A DNA stretch of 64,000 nucleotides from Eledone cirrhosa (taxonomy: Eukaryota). The stretch spans positions 63,798,001-63,862,000 of the forward strand of contig OZ024747.1 in NCBI GenBank assembly GCA_964016885.1, in the 5' to 3' direction. The notes under the pieces were generated by a model. It made no database searches, was not told the DNA's origin, and worked only from the letters and a program-made list of their open reading frames with translations. Below are positions 54,718-64,000 of the stretch, piece after piece (the stretch's first letter is position 1; each line of letters starts with the position of its first letter). Both the position numbers and the translations under genes were made by a program.

Positions 54718-54822
54718 TATATATATAAATATACATGGAAAGTTATATTTAAATTGTTGGGTTACAACGAGTAAATATTTATAACTGATATAAAAGCACT
54801 CAACAAGTATTTGGAGTATATT

Positions 54823-55189
54823 TACGGTATTAAATAAATGGAAACTATATTTATAAAACCATATTTATTTCATTATATATATTTCAGGGATATCATATTA
54901 ACAATATGTTATGCCTTCTTCAGACAAAATACAATATAGGCAGTTTTATAAATAAATAGATTTGACATACCTTTCAACATCGACTTGCATTTGAAAAGTT
55001 GATCTGCCAAATCAACTTTTCAAATGCAAGTCGATGTTGAAAGGTATGTCAAATCTATTTATTTATAAAACTGCCTATATTGTATTTTGTCTGAAGAAGG
55101 CATAACATATTGTTAATATGATATCCCTGAAATATATATAATGAAATAAATATGGTTTTATAAATATAGTTTCCATTTATTTAATACCG

Positions 55190-55191
<2 letters not shown>
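54823..55191. repeat. 369-bp palindrome (181-bp arms, 7-nt spacer) in (TA)n
   Basis: Centre aaagttgat-ctgccaa-atcaacttt; ends tacggtattaaa / tttaataccgta. Confidence 0.95.
55083..55148 (+). ncRNA. Minimal type I hammerhead ribozyme (mirror copy at 54866-54931, -)
   Basis: TATTTTGT-CTGAAGA-AGGcATAaCATATT gtt AATATGaTATcCCT-GAAA-TATATA-TA-ATGAAATA; stem I has two G-U pairs. Confidence 0.82.
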
Positions 55192-55237
<46 letters not shown>

Positions 55238-55245
55238 TAAATAAG

Positions 55246-55283
<38 letters not shown>

Positions 55284-56454
55284 AGTAAATAAATATATAT
55301 ATATATATATAAACAACACCGTGGGAGCGAAGAGGCAGTACAAAATGTTAATATTAGTTTCACGAAGCAGTTAGACCATTACTCAACAGAGTACACAATA
55401 CATGGAATAGTTGAATATGACTATCTTTTTTCCAGACTTAACTATTGAACAACTGTCAATGTCTTCAACAATAGGTATTTCAAGGCAAAGAGAAAGGTAT
55501 TTTTGACATTGGTGAGGGATTTTTGACATTGATTTGCTCCTGCTAATTACCAAATTGCCATGGCTGGAAATACAACATACATAGGTAGAATCTGTGACAA
55601 AGAATCCAGATCTGTTAGCAGCCTAAAAAGCCACATCAGTTCATAATGGGCCTCAAAAGGCCAATAATGTTCTATGGAGAGTGCTGCACACCTGCCAACT
55701 CTGTGCAAAACATTGTAAATCATTTGCAAGCCTAAAAAGCCATATTCGTACTTAATAAAATAAATATTGACAACTAGAAAGCTTTTGTTTATTTTTATTT
55801 TTATTTTTTTTTTTACAATCAGTCTATATATTTTAGTTTCTGTTAATGATATCTTCCAAAATATAATTACAGAAATATTTACCTTTCAACGAATTGGCCA
55901 TTTTTTTTTTTTTTTTTGCTGTATGTGTCTAAAATTTCATGAATTTTTGTGCACCCAGTTCTGCTTCAAAGGTGATAAAATAGCTAAGTTCTATTTTAAT
56001 TCAATTGTACTTGATTTCATTTTTCACAGTAAAAAGTAACAAAAAGATATGAGTAACTTTCATGATACACTAAGAATGATACTAAAAAGAAGATAAATAT
56101 TTCCATAATATAAGTATTTTTTTTTAATTTATTTATTCAACTTTTATATGTATATTTAGATTTATTTAGTATGTCTGTTCTTTTCTGTTTTTGGAGGGGG
56201 TTCTTGTTAGGGTTTTTTTAACTTGTTCACACGAAGAGATACATTAAATAAGAAATGCTATTTAAGAATTCTTGCAATAGGCAAGTCACATTTTCCTTAC
56301 AAACATGTTATTTCAAACATAGAATTTTTATCTGACAATTATCGACTGTAATATATCAGAAAGGAAAACCAATAAACCACAACAAACTCCCAAACAAAAC
56401 AAATTTTGATTTAAATTCTGATGTACACATTTGTCTATATTTTTTTAATGGGCA

Positions 56455-56481
56455 AATATATATATGGGTGTGTGTTTGTGT

Positions 56482-56525
<44 letters not shown>

Positions 56526-56577
56526 TTATTTATATGTACATATATATGTATATATATGTACATATATATATATATAT

Positions 56578-56617
<40 letters not shown>

Positions 56618-56884
56618 GTATATGTGTATATGTGTATATATATATGTATATATATTTGTACATATACATATATATGTACATATAAATAAATATATACACA
56701 CACACACACACATATACACATGTATGTATGTGTATATAAATATATATGTATGTGTATATATATGTGTGTATGTATATATATATGTGTGTATGTATATATA
56801 TATGTGTATGTGTATAAAAATATAAATGCATATGTATATATATGTGTGTATGTGTATATAAATATATATATATGTGTATGTGTG

Positions 56885-56952
<68 letters not shown>

Positions 56953-57032
56953 TATATACATACACATATAAACATATATATATATATATACATACATACA
57001 TATATATATATATATGTTTATATGTGTATGTG

Positions 57033-57063
<31 letters not shown>

Positions 57064-57093
57064 ATATATATATTATGTATGTGTGTGTTATAC

Positions 57094-57133
<40 letters not shown>

Positions 57134-57145
57134 GTGTATATATTA
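56455..57145. repeat. Compound (TA/TG/CA)n microsatellite
   Basis: Direct inspection. Confidence 0.95.
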
Positions 57146-57727
57146 AATAGCTTACTCTACAGTTTTTTATTTAAATTTTTAACTATACTTTGAGACTGAA
57201 AAGTTCAGTTGCTTTATGCCAACATCAACTTTTGATGTTCTGCAATTGTATGTATATTTATATTCATACATGCATGTATTTATATATGTATGTATGTATG
57301 AAGGAAAACTCTGATATAACACCTACAACCCTGATGATATCCAATGATGTTGACTTGTTCTTCTTTTTGGTAAATATCATCTTGGTTAAGAGAGTGGGAC
57401 TGGTTTTGTGCAGAGCCTTTGCTCACTATAAAAGCTTCACGGCACAGGCATTGCTTTATATCTGGAGATCTCTCTGCACTTGTGGTCACATGGTACCATG
57501 GGCCCAGCACTATGTTTAAATAATTGTCACAGGTGCAGTGTTTGTACCAGAGTTTTCAAGTCGCTGGCTGGAATAAAAAGTCACACTCGTCAGTGCATCG
57601 GTAGGAGTTCTCCTACATGGATAAAAAGTAGTGGCCGTACTCGAAAACGAGTTGGCAGCCACCATGTATGTATGTATGTATGTATGTATGTATGTATGTA
57701 TGTATGTATGTATGTATGCATGATGGA

Positions 57728-57903
57728 TAATAATTGTTTCTGCTTTTGGCACAAGGCCAGCAATCATCCCAGTACATTACTGGTACTTTATTTTATCGAC
57801 CCCGTAAGGATGAAAGGCAAAGTTAACCTCGGCAGGATTTGAACTCAGACCGTAAAGGGACGTAACTATGCTGGAAAGCATGGTGACTCTCTAACGATAC
57901 TGT
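57728..57903 (-). mobile_element. Meta-type SINE
   Basis: Reverse complement of the 5718 family. Confidence 0.85.
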
Positions 57904-58574
57904 CAAAATGATGAAGAAGATGATGATGATTATGATGCTGAAGAAGAAGATGATGATGATGACAAACATACATACATTAAATGAGAGAGTTAGATAGAGA
58001 AATGGTTGTTGAAATTAGATTTAATGGGAAATTACGTGTAAATAATTATTTAATTAGTTTACAAAGCTAATAATCATATTAACTGTAATCTCTAATATCC
58101 TATCACATTACCATTCTATGACATTTTGTATTCCAATGTCAATGTTCTGAAGTTATTTGTAATATTTTCAGAGTCAGACTCTCATTGACGGAGGCCCGAA
58201 GCTATATGAAATTTGTGGCACTTTAAAAATTTCAGGTAAAAAAATTTAAATAATCATACACAATTATTATTTATTAATGATTTTAAAATTAAATAAGTAA
58301 TAACATTTCTTTTTAACTAATTTATTGATTTATTCAGTTTACTGCATTAAAGAATAAAAACTAGTGATAAAATGAAAATATATTTAACAAAAGAAGGGTG
58401 TGTTGCTCTAGGTTATAGATTATTCAGCTTATATGTAAGTCTAACATTGAATATTTTTCAGTTTTAGTTATATTTTAGATATAACATAAACAACATTCAA
58501 AGTTCTATAAATATTTTGCACTGAATATTTCTATGTTTTTAACTATTGTTTTTTTCTTTATTATTACTACATTA

Positions 58575-58900
58575 GGGTGGTGGATTGGCAGTGTTGGTAG
58601 AGTATTGGATAACATGCTTTGAGGCATATAGTTATTTCCTTTTACATTTTGTGTTGAAATCTTGCTGAGGGTAGCTTAGCCTTTCACCATTACAGAGACG
58701 ATAAATTAAAGTACCAGTAATGCACTGGGATTGATTTAATTGCCCCCCCCCCCCCCCCCCCCCAAAAAAAATTGTTGCCATTGTGCCTAAATCCGAAACC
58801 ACGAGGTTGACTTTGCCTTTCATCCTTACGGGGTCGATAAAATAAAGTACCAGTAATGCACTGGGTAATTGCTGACCTTGTGCCTAAAGTAGAAACAATT
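58575..58900 (+). mobile_element. Two tandem Meta-type SINE copies
   Basis: Old full copy followed by a younger 5'-truncated copy. Confidence 0.8.
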
Positions 58901-60254
58901 ATTACTATATCATTCAAACTGAAGCAAATATGACATATGTTAGGATTATGGGGTTAGGATTAGTGTTAGTGTTTTTAGAGCTGAGTCACAGTTAGGGTTT
59001 AAGGTTTAGGTTATGTGTTAGGGTTTAGGTTGACCCCTTCAGGTCTTCATTTCTTATGAAATATACTTTGCTTATATTAATTAATGAAGAATTTTGAAGA
59101 ATATACTAAAATGACATAATTCATTATTAAGATAGTAACTTAACATATGGTTTTTAAATAATAGGTTTTGAAAATTTTAATTTAAATAGGAAACCTTTAA
59201 AAAAAATACTTCTGTATTATATAACTAGAACTAGTTTTGATTGGACTGAATTAGATTTATGATTACTGTGAGAGTTAGATTTTGGGTTAAAGTTGTATGG
59301 TTTGAGTTGAGAGTTATGGATAGGGTTTTAAAGTGACAGAGGAGTAGGTAATAAGAGAGCAAGCTAAAGACAAGTACAGCAGTCTGGAATGGTATTTGTT
59401 AAGTACTCGCCAGAATCCGTCTTATTTTGCTATTATTGAATAAATAAATACAACAGTTAAAAAAAAGCCACTTAAAGTTATAGTTAGGAGTTGGAGTTTA
59501 GAGTTAATCTAATATAATACATTTCAATTTAAAATGGAGATTAATACCAATGAAACATTGAAATGCTTATTAAAGTTATTTCTATTTAATGATTAAATTA
59601 ATTGAGTCTACTTTTGGCACCAGCCCAGCAATTTGAAGGGAAGGGGAAAGTCGATTAAATTGATCTCAAACCATTACTGGTATTTTATTTTATCAACCCT
59701 GTAAAGATGCAAGGAAAAGCAACTTTTGGCAGGATTTGAACTGAGAATGTAAAGGGCTGTAACTATAAGCAACAAAGAATGTTGTCCATTCTCTACCAAT
59801 ACTGTTACCCCACTTATTTTCTAAATAGATTAATGAAATAAGGTATTTGGTGTGTGTATGTGTGTGGGGTGTGTGTTGCATGTGTGTGTATGTGTGCAGG
59901 GTGATTGTGGTATGTGTGTGGTGTGTGTGTATGTGTATGGGGTGTAAGTATGGGGTGTGTGTGTGTTGGAGGGGGGGGGGGGGTTATATGGTATGTGTGT
60001 GTATGTGTGATGTGTGTGTGTGTGTGTGTCTGTTTGTGGGATGTATATGTGGTGTGTGTGTTCAAGATACATGTGTGGTGTGCAGTGTGTGTGCGTATGT
60101 GGTAGAAATTAAAACATCTTTTAGAATAAAATGAATGATAAATCAAACGGGTTTTCAGTTTGTGATCAATAATAGAACTATAAAGTGTTTAATATAACTT
60201 TTAAAATATATGGATAAGGAAGCAAATGTCACAAAATAGATTAGACATTGAAAC

Positions 60255-60309
<55 letters not shown>

Positions 60310-60422
60310 CACACTTAGTAAGATATAGACAACATAGCACAGAAACGCACACGCTTCCATTCACCCCAGCCTCCATATATGCACACACAAATAAACATAC
60401 ACTTACCCACATATACGTACAT

Positions 60423-60457
<35 letters not shown>

Positions 60458-62466
60458 GTCACATACTCGTAGGTACATACATCCTTATATATACCCATAC
60501 AGACACCAACATATACACACACACCCTTATATACACAGGCACATACACAACCATAAGCGCACATACAGGACACACACCTACATATACACTCATACACACA
60601 CATTATATACACAACCATAAGCACACCTACAGACACACACTTACATATACACCCATACATACACATAGACACATACCTACATATATACACATACAGACAC
60701 ATACCTACATATATACACTCATATACACACATACAGACACATACCTACATATACACTCATACACACACATACATATATATACACTCATACCCACACATTA
60801 CACAATATATAATGGTTGTCTCAGAGACCATTGCTCTAGATATGTCTAGACATATTAAGATTACCTTACACTGGTAAAAGTCTTGTGAAAACCCTCCTCT
60901 CCCTTGTCTGTGTATCATGAAATATTTCATGTTTGTTATTTTTATATATTAAAACCAATATCAGTTGGAAAGGAAAAGAATGGACAGTGAAATAATTCTA
61001 TATAAATTATTAAAAAAAGGGTAAAAAATATCATTTCTCATAAGAAATGTCAAACAAATCCTCCTACCCCAGTTTTATATCTTCGTAGTTTTTGTAATTT
61101 CTATAGAATAATTTAGCTGTCTAGTTTGACACTTAGAAATAAACCTAAGATAGATATTTAACTTTAGTACAGGCCACTGATTTAGAGAGAATTTATGAAA
61201 TCTGGTAGATTTAAGCCATCACCCAGATTAACCGTTTCCATACCAAATCACCTGATTCTATGACATAAAGCTGCCGGTTGTAAAGTGTTTATATTGGAGA
61301 ACTTTTGTTATATTCCAAAAATAAACTTAATGAATGATTTAGTTAAGTATTAGATTTTTTTCAAATTCTCGATTGATTATTGTTTTCAAAGTGATTTGAA
61401 AATCATAGACAGTGTTTTTCATTATAAATCATGGTAGTGAAAGGGTTAACACTATCACATTTCTTTTGTGCTTTTATTGGGGTCCACTTTGTTGCAAATA
61501 TTTGGGCCAGGCATCTAGTTTGAGGTTAACCATCTCTCTCCTCCCCCATCCCAGTTTCTGAGGCCCTGGAAAGTGTTATTGGGCACTCCCACCCCTCCCT
61601 CATTAAGCTGTAAAACAAATTAATATACATATAAAAATGAGAAAACCCATCACTAGAACAGTCATTAAAACAGTCAAATGCTGTCAAAGACAGGGATGGG
61701 CAAAAATACCTCAGAGGACAGAGACCAGCAGCCAGTAGTCAACAGAGAGACAATCCACAAGGTGGGCAACAGGCAGATAAAACATAGAAAAGATTGAAAG
61801 AGGAGGAAGGCAAGGACAAATGTGTTGGTGCACAGAAGTGACCAGAAAAATGAAATAAAGAAAGGCCATGTACAAGACAATTTCCCACACATCTTCACCC
61901 TCATCAGCTCTCAAATCAGCAAAATGTTTTGCATGATTTATTTGAGAGTACCATTTTAAAAAGCTGGTTCATGCAAGAACAAATTAATAATTAATATATT
62001 TATGAAGTATGGTGGTTACTTCGACAATTAATTTTTCAAGGGCTTCAGACACTTTTCAAGGATTTGAAGATTTGTTCGGAGGTAGTTGTCCTTGAAATGG
62101 TGGTCTGACTCAAGTGCTTGCAACAGAAGAGACAATGCTAAAGGCAACCAGAGGCCAGGAGGTGGTGTTAAACAGAGTGACAGATTAATGTTAACCCTCA
62201 CTTGAGTCACAGTGGGATTTAAACTCCACACTCTGATACCATCAGTCCATCACCCTAGCAGAATAAATACAGCAAGGCATCATATCCCACACTTTGATAC
62301 TGCCAGCCATCTATCATTGATTTCTATTTTGTTTATCAAACCTAAAACAATTAAAGACAATGTTGTCTTTAGCGAGATTTGAACTCAGTACGCCAACAGC
62401 CTGAATAAATACCACAAGATTTTTTTATTTTACATTAATGCTTCGACATTAGTCATTTAATATACC

Positions 62467-62711
62467 CAGGTTGGATTTAGACTTTGGGGCTGGGACACTT
62501 CGGGTTTGGGGAGCCCCCTCATACACAAAAAATTAAAATACACAACAAACCCCTCCAATTTGACATATCAAAGTTAGCTTGGCACAAATAATTGGAATTG
62601 AAAAGTTATACATACAGGTATTAAATTAGAAAATTCTAACCATCCTAAAACAAAACAATCCGCCACTGCAGGGGGCCCAGGGCAATTGCACTCCCATTAA
62701 AACCAGCCCTG
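62467..62711. mobile_element. hAT-like MITE (4868 family, opposite orientation)
   Basis: CAGGTTGGATT ... AAACCAGCCCTG with perfect 8-bp TSD AATATACC. Confidence 0.85.
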
Positions 62712-63296
62712 AATATACCACACTACAGTTTCTGCCAACCATCTACCACCACCATTAAATTTAATATCATCATCATCATCATCATCGTTTAACGTCCATC
62801 TTCCACAATCAACTAATTTTATTTTCCAAGAGGAAAAATAACATTAAAAAAAACAAAAAAAAATCAGCTGCTTTTTAATTGACTAGGATTTTAGTTTAGT
62901 TTATTGATAAAATGGATAGAGTGATGGATAAAATACCTTGCAGTAAATAGTTGTGGTGTACCTTAAATTCTGAGTTCAAATCCTGCCAGATGTTGAATTT
63001 GTCTGTTAGTCTTCTGGGACTGATAAAGTAAAGTATCAGTAATGTAATGAAGATGATTTAAATGACCATACCTTCCTCTAAAATGAATGGCCTTGTGCCA
63101 ATGTTAGAAATCAGTATTATTGTAATTATTTTGGTATGTATAGAAGGAAATAATTCTAGACATGTTTCAGTCTTATTATCATCTCATCTGCAAAGCATAA
63201 ACCTCATAGTATTTGCTGAAATATTAATGGAAGAATCACTAAGTACATATAAAAAACTATACACTGGTTGGGTGGTAGAGAAAAAATTGAATCATT

Positions 63297-63512
63297 TAAC
63301 CCTTTAGCATTTAAACCAGCCGTATCTGGCCAGAATTCTCTCACTTCTCTCTATCAAACCAGCCATAACCGGCCACTCATACTGATGTTAAGGTATTGTT
63401 CTCGAAATAAATAACATCAAAATCTCGTAGATTTGATATTATGTGAGATAATTATGTGAGATAAAGCCTTTACTATGAAAATATATTTGTATGTAAATGC
63501 TAATGGGTTTAA
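63297..63512. mobile_element. piggyBac-like MITE (uninterrupted copy, opposite orientation to 39733)
   Basis: TTAA|CCCTTTAGCATTTA ... TAAATGCTAATGGGT.TAA. Confidence 0.8.
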
Positions 63513-64000
63513 GCAGTATTTCTGAAATTTGGTTCTATGACATATGTTTTTAATATAATTTAATAAAAATTTATCATAAATACTTTTATACGAATAAATT
63601 CCCTTTCTAAAACAATTCATATCCATTCCTCACATTCTAATGTAGAAGTTATTGAACCATTCATTTTTAAAGTAAGAAGACAAGTTTATAGACCGTCTGC
63701 GCATCCATATGTGTGCGACATATCCATTCAAACAGCTTACTGTACTTTTACAAGCTAAAGACATGACAATTTAGTTCCCTACAGTACATGTCAACTAGGT
63801 TCTTGTTAAAATTTGCGTCATCTGAATAAGCGTAGACTCACACATTCACTTTGCTATGTAAGTTCTATCAAGTGTATGAGAAGACAGACACTGAAAATAT
63901 AACGAGTAGGAAAATATTGACAAGATAGGCAGAACTTCAAATATGTGGATTGTTATAAGCATGTTGCTGTTTTCAGTCACTTGGACTGAAGGCATCTTTT

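Noticed and set aside
63740-63890. Minus-strand micro-exons with good splice-like signals
   Set aside because: Stops in all frames of the outer piece and an implausible intron of about 20 nt.

Overview
AT-rich, microsatellite-saturated eukaryotic genomic DNA. The SINE/LINE repertoire suggests an octopod cephalopod (inference). Host coding content is small: the last two exons of a MAGUK p55-family (MPP7-like) gene (+, 1337-1474 and 6194-6373) and a decayed beta-tubulin pseudogene (about 51938-52438). Almost all ORF-track entries are microsatellite or repeat artefacts. The rest is mobile DNA: two tRNA-headed SINE groups, CR1-, RTE-, R4/Dong- and CRE-like LINE fragments, Hsmar2-like and DD37D-like mariner relics, and hAT, piggyBac and mariner MITEs. 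The most notable signal is a set of unrelated (TA)n-embedded, head-to-head fold-back elements carrying type I hammerhead ribozyme motifs. These include 221-bp and 181-bp near-perfect palindromes with a hammerhead on each strand, U3-A8 core variants, and a truncated Penelope-like GIY-YIG element with an inverted pseudo-LTR. All structures were read by eye; coordinates of degenerate repeats are approximate.
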